Source: an uncultured Candidatus Saccharibacteria bacterium
GTDB lineage: Bacteria > Patescibacteriota > Minisyncoccia > Portnoybacterales > UBA2143
Length of the DNA stretch: 64,000 bases
Assembly (NCBI GenBank): GCA_964596615.1
Contig: CAZQUN010000004.1
Coordinates: 432-64,431, forward strand
Direction: 5' to 3'
Part shown: piece by piece, positions 18,643-28,924 of the stretch
How the letters are laid out: the number at the start of each line of letters is the position of its first letter
Numbering within the stretch: position 1 is the stretch's first letter
Program-made: the position numbers and the translations under genes
The notes under the pieces: generated by a model
Seen by the model: only the letters and a program-made list of their open reading frames with translations
Told to the model about the DNA's origin: nothing
The model's database searches: none

Positions 18643-20013
18643 TTATTCCTCCAATCTTTTCTCCAGATTCCTGAAACTAACCTGGCTTTCATTGAAATAT
18701 AATTCAGCTCGGCCAGTTGGACCATTACGATGCTTGGCGATAATAATATCAGCAATATTTTTCCGGTCGGTATTAGGCCTTTCCTTATCCTCCCGATAGA
18801 TGAAAATCACCACATCAGCGTCCTGTTCTAAACTTCCACTTTCTCTTAAATCAGAAAGTTTGGGAATAGCCGGGGAGCGGGATTCAACAGAACGGTTGAG
18901 TTGGGAAATGGCTAAAACGGGAACTTCAAGTTCTCTGGCCAAAGATTTCAAACTTCGGGATATTTCTGTCATTTGCTGAACGGGCGAATCAAAATTATTC
19001 CTCGGCTGAATCATTTGGATGTAATCGATAATAATTAAACCAAGATTGTTTTGAGCCTGAAGTCGGCGAGCCATGGTTCTCATCTGTAAAATAGTCGGAG
19101 AAGGAGTATCATCAATATAGATTGAAGCATCCGATAATTCATCCAGCGCTCTCTGGATTTTTTCAAAATCATTATCCGGTCCTTCGCCGGATAAACGACC
19201 GGTCCGTATTCTCCAGGAATCAACTTCTGCCTGAGAACTAATTAACCGGTCAACTAATTGTTCCTTGGACATTTCAATACTAAAAACGGCAACTGGTGTT
19301 TTTTCCTTAATCGAAGTATGTCGAGCAATATTAAGAGCAAGCGAGGTTTTTCCAAGAGAAGGGCGGGCGCCTAAAATAATTAAATCGGATTTCTGAAAAC
19401 CAGAAAGATAGTTGTCAATATCAGCAAATCCGGTCGGGATACCTCTTGTGGCTTCTTCGCCCCGGTGCAACTTATCAATTCTTTCAAAAGCGCTTTCTAA
19501 AGCATCTTTAACCGGCATGAATTTCTGACTGACTGATCTTTGAGAAACACTAAATATCTTCTGTTCAGATTCATCGATCAGGGTTTCAACATCATCTGGT
19601 TCCTGATAACTTAATTGACTAATTTCATTAGAAGCTCCGATTAAATCACGAAGGGCTTTTTTGTTTTTAACAATTTTGGCGTAGTGGGTAATATGGGCGG
19701 CAGTTGGAACGGAATTAACCAGGTCAGTCAAATAGGTTGCTCCGCCAATTTCTTTTAATTTCTTTTTCTCTTCTAATCGGTTGGTTAAACTTAATAAATC
19801 AATTGGTTCATTTTTTTCATAAAGATCAACCATGGCTTGATAAATGCTGGTATGGATCCCTCGGTAGAAATCATCAGCAACAAGAATATCAGCTATTTTA
19901 ATAATAGCGTCTTTGTCCAACATCAAGGCTCCCAGAACAGATTGTTCGGCTTCAATATTCTGAGGCGGTAGTTTGCCTTCTATTTTAACTGATGGTTGTG
20001 TTTTTTCTGCCAT
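18643..20013 (-). CDS. dnaB: Replicative DNA helicase
   Basis: Intact ARPSLGKT, FSIEM, IDYIQ, SQLNR, SDLRESGSLEQDAD, KHRNGP. Confidence 0.97.
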   Translation of the reverse strand: MAEKTQPSVKIEGKLPPQNIEAEQSVLGALMLDKDAIIKIADILVADDFYRGIHTSIYQAMVDLYEKNEPIDLLSLTNRLEEKKKLKEIGGATYLTDLVNSVPTAAHITHYAKIVKNKKALRDLIGASNEISQLSYQEPDDVETLIDESEQKIFSVSQRSVSQKFMPVKDALESAFERIDKLHRGEEATRGIPTGFADIDNYLSGFQKSDLIILGARPSLGKTSLALNIARHTSIKEKTPVAVFSIEMSKEQLVDRLISSQAEVDSWRIRTGRLSGEGPDNDFEKIQRALDELSDASIYIDDTPSPTILQMRTMARRLQAQNNLGLIIIDYIQMIQPRNNFDSPVQQMTEISRSLKSLARELEVPVLAISQLNRSVESRSPAIPKLSDLRESGSLEQDADVVIFIYREDKERPNTDRKNIADIIIAKHRNGPTGRAELYFNESQVSFRNLEKRLEE

Positions 20014-20016
20014 ATT

Positions 20017-20115
20017 AAAAAGAGGGGCATACCCTCCATTATGTCAAAAGACATAATCTCATTCGCTCGGAAATAATTAAGCAAGCTTATTATTTCCTCT
20101 CTCATATCTATTATA
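20017..20115 (-). promoter_or_regulatory. Structured 5' leader of dnaB
   Basis: TATAAT (20110-20115, minus strand) followed by three tandem hairpins at 20069-20097, 20038-20057 and 20022-20036. Confidence 0.55.
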
Positions 20116-20153
20116 GTTCTACCAAAAAATATTTCAAAGAGGAGAAATTGTGA

Positions 20154-21554
20154 TTATCTTGGGGAAATCTTCGAACCCTGTTCGGTGTCTTCTATTCTAT
20201 ACCCCTTGTCTTTAATTTCTTTTCTAATCCTATCAGATTCTTCAAAATTCTTTTCCTTCCTGGCTTTTTCTCTTTTTTCGGCCAGGTCTTTAATTTCCTG
20301 AGGAATTTCTTCTTTTTTAATCTCATCCAATTTAAGACCAAGAACTTTATCAAAATCCAAAAGAGTTGCCAGTTTATCTTGATTATCCAAATCTGATTTC
20401 AGAACTTCCTGGACAATAGTTAAGGCCAGAGGGGAATTAAAGTCATCAGATATTTTTTCAATAAATTTATCTTTGTATTCTTGGCTAACCCCACCCTTGT
20501 TATCACCCAATTCTTTTATCTGGGAAACCAAGTTATTAAAGCCTTTTTGAGCAGATTCCATGGCTTCAAAAGTAAAGTTCTGCTTGGAGCGGTAATGGGC
20601 TTGTAAAAACAGATAACGAAGGGAGAGGGGATTAAAACTCTTTTCTTTGATTTCAGACAGACCGTATCCCGTTCCTTCTGATTTAGCCATCTTCTTATTA
20701 TCAACCAATAAATGTTCATTATGGAGCCAGTAATTAACGAATTTAGCGTCATTAGCGGCTTCTGACTGAGCAATTTCATTAGTATGATGAACAGGGATAT
20801 GTTCAATCCCGCCCATATGAATATCTATGGTTTTTCCAAGGAGTTTTTTACTCATAACCGAACATTCAATATGCCAGCCGGGGAAGCCCTGGCCGTTTTC
20901 AACTAAATCAGATTTAAAAGGGGATGGCCATGTTTGAAGAGCATTTTTATGCTTTCCAGACCTGAAAAACCAGAGGGCAAAATCAGCTGGATTTTTTTTA
21001 TCCGGGTCAGTCACATCGGCCTTGCCGGCTCCTTTAATTTGTTCTTCTAAATTCTGACCGGAAAGGGCAGTATAGTTTTTGACTTTTGAGGTGTTAAAAT
21101 AGATAGCGAGGGGAGTTGAATAGGCAAATCCCTTATCAATTAATGCCTGGGTCATTTCAATCATTTCTTTAATGCATTCGGTTGCTTTTGGCTTATAATC
21201 CGGCTCTAGCATATTTAAATCTTTGGCATCTTCTTCGTAAATCTTAATATATTTCTGAGCAATTTCTTCAGGAGTTTTCTTTTCTCGTTTGGCGGCTTTT
21301 TCAATTTTATCCTCGCCTTCATCTTGATCGCTGGTCAAATGACCGACATCAGTATAGTTTCTGACATAATTAACTTGATAACCTAAATACTTTAAAGTTC
21401 TGACAATAAAATCAGCGCAGAAAAGACCCCGCATATTGCCAATATGTTGAGTCCAGTAAACAGTTGGCCCGCAATAGTAAAAGGAGACCTCATTTTCTTT
21501 AATGGATTTAAATTCTTCTTTTTGACGAGTGAGGGTATTGTAGAGCTTGAGCAT
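20154..21554 (-). CDS. cysS: Cysteine--tRNA ligase
   Basis: CGPTVY...HIGN, GFPGWHIECS, KMAKS. Confidence 0.97.
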   Translation of the reverse strand: MLKLYNTLTRQKEEFKSIKENEVSFYYCGPTVYWTQHIGNMRGLFCADFIVRTLKYLGYQVNYVRNYTDVGHLTSDQDEGEDKIEKAAKREKKTPEEIAQKYIKIYEEDAKDLNMLEPDYKPKATECIKEMIEMTQALIDKGFAYSTPLAIYFNTSKVKNYTALSGQNLEEQIKGAGKADVTDPDKKNPADFALWFFRSGKHKNALQTWPSPFKSDLVENGQGFPGWHIECSVMSKKLLGKTIDIHMGGIEHIPVHHTNEIAQSEAANDAKFVNYWLHNEHLLVDNKKMAKSEGTGYGLSEIKEKSFNPLSLRYLFLQAHYRSKQNFTFEAMESAQKGFNNLVSQIKELGDNKGGVSQEYKDKFIEKISDDFNSPLALTIVQEVLKSDLDNQDKLATLLDFDKVLGLKLDEIKKEEIPQEIKDLAEKREKARKEKNFEESDRIRKEIKDKGYRIEDTEQGSKISPR

Positions 21555-21688
21555 AAATATATCATATCAAACTTTTATTAAAACACAAAGTTTCACTTGA
21601 CTTTTACAGCCAGCATGTTATAGTTTTAAGTATTAAGAATCAGTTCTTCTCACTAATAACCAAAAACGTCAAAAAAGGAGGATGTATC

Positions 21689-22459
21689 ATGAGAAAAAGT
21701 ATCATCTTAGTTTGTGTCTGTTTGGTTTCGGTTCCGGTGGCTTTCATCGCTTTTGCTGAAAATAAAGAAGCGATAAGTTGGGCTGACGCTAAGCCGAAGT
21801 GTCTGGCAGCTCTGAAAAGCCACATAAGAATTGACTTTGGCAATTGGGGAGTATATGAAGAGTGGTTTAATGAATTGAAGACCTCTAAAGAAAGAGCTGA
21901 GGTAGCCAAGTTGTGGGCCTTGGTTTCCGATGGCAGCTACACGGATTTGGTAATTCCCGGCATCGGTGAGTTTATGGGAATTTACCATTCCGAGATTAAG
22001 GCGACAAAGGAAGACGAGACACGCCAGGGACTTTTCGTGGCAATGCTCGACGGACTTATGGAAATCTTCGCTACCCTTGATACCCAAATCTCCGTTCGTG
22101 TTAACTTTCAAGAGGATAAGCGAAGAGATGGAAAACAGTTCCTAAGAGAGAAACTTGGCCGAGAAGCAGTACCGGGGGATTTCACCGATGAATCCTGGAA
22201 AGAATTCATAAAGATTTATCCTCATTACGATGTTGAACTGCCTGGTTTCTTTTCAACTCAGGTCATGTGGCAGAAAGGCAGTCGGTCGTATCAGAATTAC
22301 CACGATGCGGAGATTGTGGTAATTCGGAATGTACTTTCCGATGTTAATACCAGAGAAGTCCTGTCTAAATCAAATTACGAGATATTGTTCGCCAATCTTA
22401 CCGGCGGTGATACTCGTATCGCGGATGCTTCCTATTATATGGGAAGCTTCTCAAATTGA
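21689..22459 (+). CDS. Hypothetical secreted protein
   Basis: Signal-peptide-like N-terminus; strong SD; own promoter and terminator. Confidence 0.75.
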   Translation: MRKSIILVCVCLVSVPVAFIAFAENKEAISWADAKPKCLAALKSHIRIDFGNWGVYEEWFNELKTSKERAEVAKLWALVSDGSYTDLVIPGIGEFMGIYHSEIKATKEDETRQGLFVAMLDGLMEIFATLDTQISVRVNFQEDKRRDGKQFLREKLGREAVPGDFTDESWKEFIKIYPHYDVELPGFFSTQVMWQKGSRSYQNYHDAEIVVIRNVLSDVNTREVLSKSNYEILFANLTGGDTRIADASYYMGSFSN

Positions 22460-22490
22460 AGCTGGTCCTCTGCTCATTTCTCCAAACAAC

Positions 22491-22519
22491 AAAAGGGCGA
22501 AGCATTTGCTTCGCCCTTT
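22491..22519. terminator. Bidirectional intrinsic terminator
   Basis: aaaagggcgaagca-tt-tgcttcgcccttt between convergent genes. Confidence 0.8.
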
Positions 22520-22535
22520 ATGCTTGTCTAAAAAA

Positions 22536-23450
22536 TTACAACCATTTCTTTTTCTTAAAGTAGGCGACCATAATAGTGGTTGAGATAGCCATAGTAATGA
22601 CGATAATCCACCAGGAATTAACGTTCTGCTTGACAATCGGAATTTTATCAAAGACGTTCATACCAAAGAATCCAACAACAACGCTTAAAGGGAAGGTAAT
22701 AAAGGAAACCACAGTCAGGAATTTCATAATATCACTCAGTTTGTAGGAAAGAAGCGAGTTATTAGTTTCTTCTATTGAATTAATTAATTCACGATGGCTT
22801 TCCAGAACATTCCAAACCCGGATAATAGAACCAACAACTTCCTGGGATAATGACCTGACTTCCGGATTAAACAATCGACGGGACTTTTTTTCTAAAATAT
22901 CTAAAACCGAACGTTGAGGTTTAATTGCTCTTCTGAAATCAATTAAATCTCTTTTAATTAAAGCAATCTCCATGAGCATTTCTTTTTCTTTGCCTTCGAA
23001 AACATCGTTTTCTATCTTTTCAATATTTTCACCAATATGATCAAGCATGGGCAGGCATCGGTCAATCAGCCAATCAAGAACACTCATTAAAGCATGACCG
23101 TTGCTTCTGAAGATTTTTTTCTGATGGTAATCCTGGACTTCGCAATCCTTAAAAAGATTTTCCAGTTCATGAATCTTTTCAGCATGACTGGTAATTAAAG
23201 TATCAGCGGTTAAAATCAAATCAAGCTCAACCGGTTTTGTCTGTTTTTTCTTTGAATCATAGACCGGGAAATGAAGAACGATAAAAAGTTGCTCTGGGTA
23301 TTCTTCAATTTTAGGACGATGAATTGGCGGAAGGAATTGTTGGGCGATATACGGATGGAGATTGAATTTTTCTTTTAATTCTTCCAGATTGTTTTCATCT
23401 GGTTTTTCAATATCAATCCAGGTAATATTATTAAAAGTAATCTTTTTCAT
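22536..23450 (-). CDS. corA: CorA family Mg2+/Co2+ transporter
   Basis: WIDI..P, RPKIEEY, GFFGMN signature, two C-terminal TMs. Confidence 0.92.
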   Translation of the reverse strand: MKKITFNNITWIDIEKPDENNLEELKEKFNLHPYIAQQFLPPIHRPKIEEYPEQLFIVLHFPVYDSKKKQTKPVELDLILTADTLITSHAEKIHELENLFKDCEVQDYHQKKIFRSNGHALMSVLDWLIDRCLPMLDHIGENIEKIENDVFEGKEKEMLMEIALIKRDLIDFRRAIKPQRSVLDILEKKSRRLFNPEVRSLSQEVVGSIIRVWNVLESHRELINSIEETNNSLLSYKLSDIMKFLTVVSFITFPLSVVVGFFGMNVFDKIPIVKQNVNSWWIIVITMAISTTIMVAYFKKKKWL

Positions 23451-23539
23451 AAATGGGTCCCTTCTTTTAATTTTATTTAATTCTATCATACTCTTTCTTT
23501 GTTTGACAACTTCTGGAAAAATGATACAATGTATTAAAG

Positions 23540-24016
23540 ATGAAAAAGAAGAAAATTACTTATCTTTCTGAAGAATCCGGAGACGAACTCAAAAAGATTA
23601 AAGATAAACTTAAGGAATGCCAAAAAGAAAAGGAGGAGTACCTGACCCAGGCGCAGCGTGCCCGGGCTGATTTGATTAACCACAAAAGAAGGCAGGAAGA
23701 AATGAAAGATAATCTGGCAGATAGTCTGGAAGCAAATATTGTCAGAGATTTTCTCCCGATCCTGGATAGTTTGAAAGCCGGGGCTAAAAAAGATAAAGGG
23801 ATAGAACAGGTTTTAAATCAGTTTCAACAAGAATTAATTAAAAAAGGGTTAGAAGAAATTAAATCTCTCGGTCAAAAGTTTAATCCCGAAATACACGAAG
23901 CAATCGAAGAAATAGAATCCAAAGAGGAACCCGGGATAATTGTTGAAGTAGTCCAGGACGGATACAGGATAAATAATTTAATATTAAGACCAAGCAAGGT
24001 TAAAATTAGTAAATAG
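23540..24016 (+). CDS. grpE: Nucleotide exchange factor GrpE
   Basis: RA.AD..N, F.P.IHEAI, GY....ILRPSKV; upstream of dnaK. Confidence 0.93.
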   Translation: MKKKKITYLSEESGDELKKIKDKLKECQKEKEEYLTQAQRARADLINHKRRQEEMKDNLADSLEANIVRDFLPILDSLKAGAKKDKGIEQVLNQFQQELIKKGLEEIKSLGQKFNPEIHEAIEEIESKEEPGIIVEVVQDGYRINNLILRPSKVKISK

Positions 24017-24029
24017 AAAGGGAAATACC

Positions 24030-24467
24030 ATGCCTATCAAATGGCAACCATTCAAAGATTTAAATAAGCGACCTCATCTTCCTGATATTTTTGAAGAAGA
24101 TGATCGAATGCCTTTTTCTCCGCATTTCCAGCAGGAAGAACCGGCAATTGATATTTATCAGGATAGAAACAATCTCTATATCGAACTTCCTTTAATTGGC
24201 ATTAAAGCCAAAGATGTTAGCGTTTCTATAAAGAATAATATTTTAATTATTGAAGGGAAAATTCAAGAAAAGAAAGAGGCCAAAGAAAAAGACTATATCA
24301 GAAAAGAAATCAGAAAAGGTTCTTTCCATCGGGCAATCAGATTGCCAGTTGAAGTTAAAGGAAACCAAGCCAGCGCTGAAACATCTGAAGGCATGCTTAA
24401 AATCACTCTTCCCAAAGCAGTCAAAGGGGCTCCTAAAGCTAATCGGGTCCCAATTAGGATTAAATAA
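24030..24467 (+). CDS. Hsp20/alpha-crystallin small heat shock protein
   Basis: P.IDIYQ, E...GSF.R.I.LP, G.L.ITLPK. Confidence 0.9.
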   Translation: MPIKWQPFKDLNKRPHLPDIFEEDDRMPFSPHFQQEEPAIDIYQDRNNLYIELPLIGIKAKDVSVSIKNNILIIEGKIQEKKEAKEKDYIRKEIRKGSFHRAIRLPVEVKGNQASAETSEGMLKITLPKAVKGAPKANRVPIRIK

Positions 24468-24469
24468 CT

Positions 24470-26314
24470 ATGAGTAAAGTAATTGGTATTGATTTAGGAA
24501 CCTCTAATTCTGCAGCCGCAGTTGTTGAGGCCGGAAAACCAACCATAATTCCTTCAGCCGAAGGAACAGTTATTGGCGGAGGCAAGGCCTTTCCATCCTA
24601 TGTTGCCCTTGATAAGAATGGCGGTCTTTTAGTTGGCGAGCCAGCCAGAAGACAGGCAGTCAGTAATCCGGAAAACACGGTTTCTGCTTTCAAGCGGAAA
24701 ATGGGGACAAAGGAAAAATATAGTTTGAATGGCAAGGAGTATACGCCGGAACAACTTTCTGCTTTTGTCCTGCAGAAAATTAAAAAAGATGCCGAGGCCT
24801 TTTTAGGCGAACCAATCCAGAAAGCAGTCATTACTGTCCCGGCCTATTTCAATGATTCTCAAAGACAAGCAACCAAAGACGCCGGCTCAATCGCCGGATT
24901 AGAAGTTGTCCGAATTATCAACGAGCCAACAGCGGCTTCTCTTTCTTATGGAATTGACAAGGCCGGTCAGGAAGAAAAGATTCTTGTTTTTGACTTTGGC
25001 GGCGGAACTCTTGATGTCACAATTATGGATTTTGGCGAAGGTGTTTTCGAAGTTAAATCAACCTCAGGCGATACTCAATTGGGCGGAACCGATATGGATG
25101 AAATTCTAGTTGAATATATTCTTGAAGAATTTAAAAAAGAAAACAATATTGATTTAAAAGAAGATCGGACAGCCTTGGAAAGAGTTAAAGATGCGGCTGA
25201 AAAAGCTAAAATTGAACTATCAAGCGTTTTAGAAACAGACATTATCATTCCTTTTATCAGTCAATCCAAGGAATTGAATATGAAAATTACCCGGGCGAAA
25301 TTGGAAGAATTAGTTAAGCCCATTGTTGAAAAATGCCGCGGTCCATTGGAGCAGGCTTTAAATGATTCTAAACTAACTCCTAATGATATTACTAAAATAA
25401 TCCTGGTTGGCGGACCGACCCGAATGCCGATTGTTCAAAGTTTTGTTGAGGACTATGCCGGCAAAAAGATTGAAAGGGGAGTTGACCCAATGGAATGTGT
25501 TGCTCTTGGAGCGGCAATTCAGGGTGGAATTCTGACCGGAGAAACAAAAGATGTTCTTTTGCTTGATGTTACTCCGCTGACTTTAGGGATTGAAACTCTT
25601 GGTCAGGTCATGACTCCTTTAATTGAAAGAAATACAACCATTCCAACTTCTAAATCACAGGTTTTTTCAACAGCAGCTGATAATCAGCCGGCAGTTGATG
25701 TTCATGTTCTTCAGGGAGAAAGGCCAATAGCGACTGATAACCGAACCCTGGGCCGATTTATTCTTGATGGCATTCCGCCTGCTCCAAGGGGCGTTCCTCA
25801 GATTGAAGTTAGTTTTGACATTGATGCCAACGGAATTTTAAATGTCAAAGCTAAGGACAAAGCAACCAACAAGGAACAGAAAATTACTATTACCGACTCT
25901 TCATCCCTTTCCAAAGAAGACATTGAAAAAATGAAAAAGGAAGCTGAAGCTCATTCAGCTGAAGACAGAAAGAAAAAAGAATTAATTGAAACCAGAAATC
26001 AGGCTGATACTTTAATCTTTTCAACCGAGAAAGCCATAAAGGAAGCTGGTGATAAAGTTAAACCAGAAGACAAAAAAGAAGTTGAAGAAAAATTAGAATC
26101 TCTCAAAAAACTTAAAGATTCTAATGAAGTTGATTCTCTTAAAAAAGCAATTGATGAATTATCCCAGGTTATCCAGAAAATCGGCGCTCAATTGTATCAG
26201 AAAGTTGAGGAGGAAAAGAAAGAACAGAGTGAGCCGGAAATTAAAGGAGACAAAAAGACAGTTAAAGGAGAATACGAAGAAATTAAAAAGGAGGGGAATA
26301 ATGCGAATAAATAA
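24470..26314 (+). CDS. dnaK: Chaperone DnaK
   Basis: [30 protein letters not shown]. Confidence 0.98.
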   Translation: MSKVIGIDLGTSNSAAAVVEAGKPTIIPSAEGTVIGGGKAFPSYVALDKNGGLLVGEPARRQAVSNPENTVSAFKRKMGTKEKYSLNGKEYTPEQLSAFVLQKIKKDAEAFLGEPIQKAVITVPAYFNDSQRQATKDAGSIAGLEVVRIINEPTAASLSYGIDKAGQEEKILVFDFGGGTLDVTIMDFGEGVFEVKSTSGDTQLGGTDMDEILVEYILEEFKKENNIDLKEDRTALERVKDAAEKAKIELSSVLETDIIIPFISQSKELNMKITRAKLEELVKPIVEKCRGPLEQALNDSKLTPNDITKIILVGGPTRMPIVQSFVEDYAGKKIERGVDPMECVALGAAIQGGILTGETKDVLLLDVTPLTLGIETLGQVMTPLIERNTTIPTSKSQVFSTAADNQPAVDVHVLQGERPIATDNRTLGRFILDGIPPAPRGVPQIEVSFDIDANGILNVKAKDKATNKEQKITITDSSSLSKEDIEKMKKEAEAHSAEDRKKKELIETRNQADTLIFSTEKAIKEAGDKVKPEDKKEVEEKLESLKKLKDSNEVDSLKKAIDELSQVIQKIGAQLYQKVEEEKKEQSEPEIKGDKKTVKGEYEEIKKEGNNANK

Positions 26315-27077
26315 AAATCAAATAACTAACTCAGTCATTGTCGGTCTGGCAACTCTGGTTGCTGCAATTACCTGGGCCGGACTGAAAGGAGTATTGTTTA
26401 ACGATGGTTCTTGGATTTGGCCGAGCATTGGCCTTTTAATTTTATCAGTTTTCCTGAGTTTGAACTGGCTTTTAACCAAGTCAAGGACAATCCTTTTAAC
26501 AACCCTTGTCTTTATTCTGATTACTTTTTTACTCACTTTTGGTTTTGAAATTGAATTCTTGGCTGTTCTTGTTTTATCCTTGTTTTTCTTTGTTTTTGGT
26601 TCTTTCCGGGCAATTTCTGAAAAAGAGGACAGAATTAAAATTAACTCAATTAAAATCGTTAAAAGGGGCCTGCCATATATTATGACCGGCCTTGCTCTTG
26701 TTATTGCCTCGGCCTACTATTTTTCTCCTTTATCCACACTCGGCCAGGAAAGAATTGAAATTCCTCGTCCTTTCTTTGATAATATTATCGGTCCGGCAAG
26801 TGAGGTTTTTGAAGGGCAAACTGGTTTTGACTTGGGAGAAACACAGGAAACCCTTTATCAAACAATTAACGGAGAGATTAATAAGCGGAGCGAACCTTAC
26901 AAAGGATTTATTCCAATTAGTTTATCTATCGGTGTCTTTTTCGCCCTTAAAGTTATTAGCATCCCTTTTATCTGGCTAACAATTCTCTTGGCTTCTCTCA
27001 TTTTCAAAATCCTGATTTGGACAAAGGCAATCCATATCCATGAGAAGTCTGTTCTGAAGGAGGTAATCGAAATTTAA
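26301..27077 (+). CDS. Hypothetical multi-pass membrane protein
   Basis: About 6 TMs; SD aaggagg before ATG 26301 (start adjusted); between dnaK and dnaJ. Confidence 0.75.
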   Translation: MRINKNQITNSVIVGLATLVAAITWAGLKGVLFNDGSWIWPSIGLLILSVFLSLNWLLTKSRTILLTTLVFILITFLLTFGFEIEFLAVLVLSLFFFVFGSFRAISEKEDRIKINSIKIVKRGLPYIMTGLALVIASAYYFSPLSTLGQERIEIPRPFFDNIIGPASEVFEGQTGFDLGETQETLYQTINGEINKRSEPYKGFIPISLSIGVFFALKVISIPFIWLTILLASLIFKILIWTKAIHIHEKSVLKEVIEI

Positions 27078-27079
27078 CC

Positions 27080-28165
27080 ATGGCTCAAGATTATTACGAA
27101 GTTCTCGGCGTTGACAAAGGCGCTGACGAGGGAGAAATTAAAAAGGCCTATCGGAAATTAGCTCTTAAATACCATCCTGACCGGGCACCGGAAAGCAAGA
27201 AGAAAGAATACGAGGAAAAATTCAAGGAAATCAGCCAGGCCTACCGAATTTTATCCGATAAAGAAAAAAAAGCCCAGTATGACCAGTTTGGCCAAACCTT
27301 TGAAGGACAGACGCCATTTGGACAGGGATTTTCCCAGCAGGACTTTCATTCTTTTTATGACGCTTTTGGCGGAGAAGATATTTTTGAAGACCTGGGCTTT
27401 AACAGAATTTTCGAAGAAATCTTTGGCAGAGGGACCAGAGCAACTGCCCAGGCCGGTGATGATATTTCTATTGATATCGAGATTGGTTTAGAAGATGCCT
27501 ACAACGGGCTAGAAAAAGAAATTGATTTAAGGAAATTGGTAACTTGTTCTAAATGTCAGGGTAAAGGCGGAAAAAAACTAAAGAAGTGTTCAGTTTGTCA
27601 GGGAAGCGGTTACCAACAGACCCAAAGCAGAAGTATTTTTGGATATTTTATCCAACAAAGACCCTGTTCCCAATGCCAAGGCAGAGGAGAGATTCCAGAG
27701 GAAGAATGTCATTATTGCCGCGGACAGGGCCGAATCAAAGAGGATAAAAAAATTAAAGTCACTATTCCCCAGGGAATTGAAGATGGCCAGATTTTAAGAT
27801 TAAGCGGACAGGGGCAGGCCGGGAAACACGGCAGGCAATCAGGCGACCTTTTTGTTAACATCCATATCAAAGACCATAAGTATTTTAAACGTCAGCAAGA
27901 TAATCTTTTTTATGAGTTAGTTATCAACTTTACCCAGGCAAGTTTGGGTGATAAAATAGGGATACCGGCTATTGATGGGGAGGTTAATCTAAAAATTCCA
28001 TCAGGAACACAATCCGGAGAATTAATTGAATTAAAAGGCAAGGGCATGCCTCGGCTCTATGGAAGGGGAAAAGGGGATATGATTGTCAGGGTTCAAGTGG
28101 AAGTTCCTAAGAAGTTATCCCGTCAGCAAAAGAAATTAGTTCAAGAATTAAGTAAAACTAATTAA
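27080..28165 (+). CDS. dnaJ: Chaperone DnaJ
   Basis: J-domain HPD; four CxxCxGxG repeats. Confidence 0.97.
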   Translation: MAQDYYEVLGVDKGADEGEIKKAYRKLALKYHPDRAPESKKKEYEEKFKEISQAYRILSDKEKKAQYDQFGQTFEGQTPFGQGFSQQDFHSFYDAFGGEDIFEDLGFNRIFEEIFGRGTRATAQAGDDISIDIEIGLEDAYNGLEKEIDLRKLVTCSKCQGKGGKKLKKCSVCQGSGYQQTQSRSIFGYFIQQRPCSQCQGRGEIPEEECHYCRGQGRIKEDKKIKVTIPQGIEDGQILRLSGQGQAGKHGRQSGDLFVNIHIKDHKYFKRQQDNLFYELVINFTQASLGDKIGIPAIDGEVNLKIPSGTQSGELIELKGKGMPRLYGRGKGDMIVRVQVEVPKKLSRQQKKLVQELSKTN

Positions 28166-28166
28166 T

Positions 28167-28715
28167 ATGGAAATCCGTTCATTTCTGGCAAATCTCCATG
28201 TTGGCGCTGCTTCGGGCTGGGATTTATTCATCGCCCTGGTTTTTTTAATTGCCGTTCTAATTTATGGATTTTTCCTCGGGCGCAACCGAATGATAATTCT
28301 TTTAATCAGCAGCTATTTTTCCTTTTTAATTGTTAAATCTCTGCCCTGGCAGAAACTATCATCTTTGGGTTGGTTGGGTATTAACCAGGATCCATCTTCT
28401 TCTTCCAGAATTCTGATTTTTATCGCAATTATTCTTTTGCTCTATTTCCTAATCCCTCGTAGTGTTTTAAGCTCGCCTCTGCGAATTAAAAAAAGAGGAA
28501 ACGCTTCCTGGATTCAACTATTCATTCTTAGTGTTGTCCAGGTTGGATTACTGGCTATGGTTATTCTTTCGTTTCTTCCTCCTGAAGTCATTTCAAACCT
28601 TGGTTCGGTTATTAAAAAGATATTCGTTGGGCCGGAAGCTGAATTTGTCTGGGTAACTATTCCAATACTAGCCGTTGTCCTAATGCGGAGAAAAAAGGAA
28701 ATCGGGAAGAAATAG
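28167..28715 (+). CDS. Hypothetical membrane protein
   Basis: About 5 TMs; operonic with dnaJ. Confidence 0.75.
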   Translation: MEIRSFLANLHVGAASGWDLFIALVFLIAVLIYGFFLGRNRMIILLISSYFSFLIVKSLPWQKLSSLGWLGINQDPSSSSRILIFIAIILLLYFLIPRSVLSSPLRIKKRGNASWIQLFILSVVQVGLLAMVILSFLPPEVISNLGSVIKKIFVGPEAEFVWVTIPILAVVLMRRKKEIGKK

Positions 28716-28786
28716 GGGAAGGTAAAACTTATCAAGCTTTTGGCTTGATTTTTATTTCATTTTTAGGTAAAATATGTGGGTATTAT

Positions 28787-28860
28787 GGGGGTATAGCTCA
28801 GTGGTAGAGCAGAGGCCTTTTAAGCCTTTGATGGGGGTTCGATTCCCTCTACCCCTACCA
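28787..28860 (+). tRNA. tRNA-Lys(TTT)
   Basis: Acceptor gggggta/tacccct; anticodon arm gaggc-ctTTTaa-gcctt; encoded CCA; promoter TTGATT-17-TAAAAT upstream. Confidence 0.95.
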
Positions 28861-28864
28861 TGAT

Positions 28865-28906
28865 AAAAACCCGCTTGTCTGCATTTTTCGCAGAGAGCGG
28901 GTTTTT
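28865..28906. terminator. Bidirectional terminator between tRNA-Lys and the RT operon
   Basis: aaaaacccgct-tg-tctgc...gcaga-g-agcgggttttt. Confidence 0.75.
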
Positions 28907-28924
28907 GGTTTCAGGCTTTGAAAC

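Noticed and set aside
28840-28860. tRNA-Lys as a retrovirus-like primer for the RT
   Set aside because: I found no complement to the tRNA 3' end in the RT-sense RNA, only a weak same-sense resemblance near 31500-31527.
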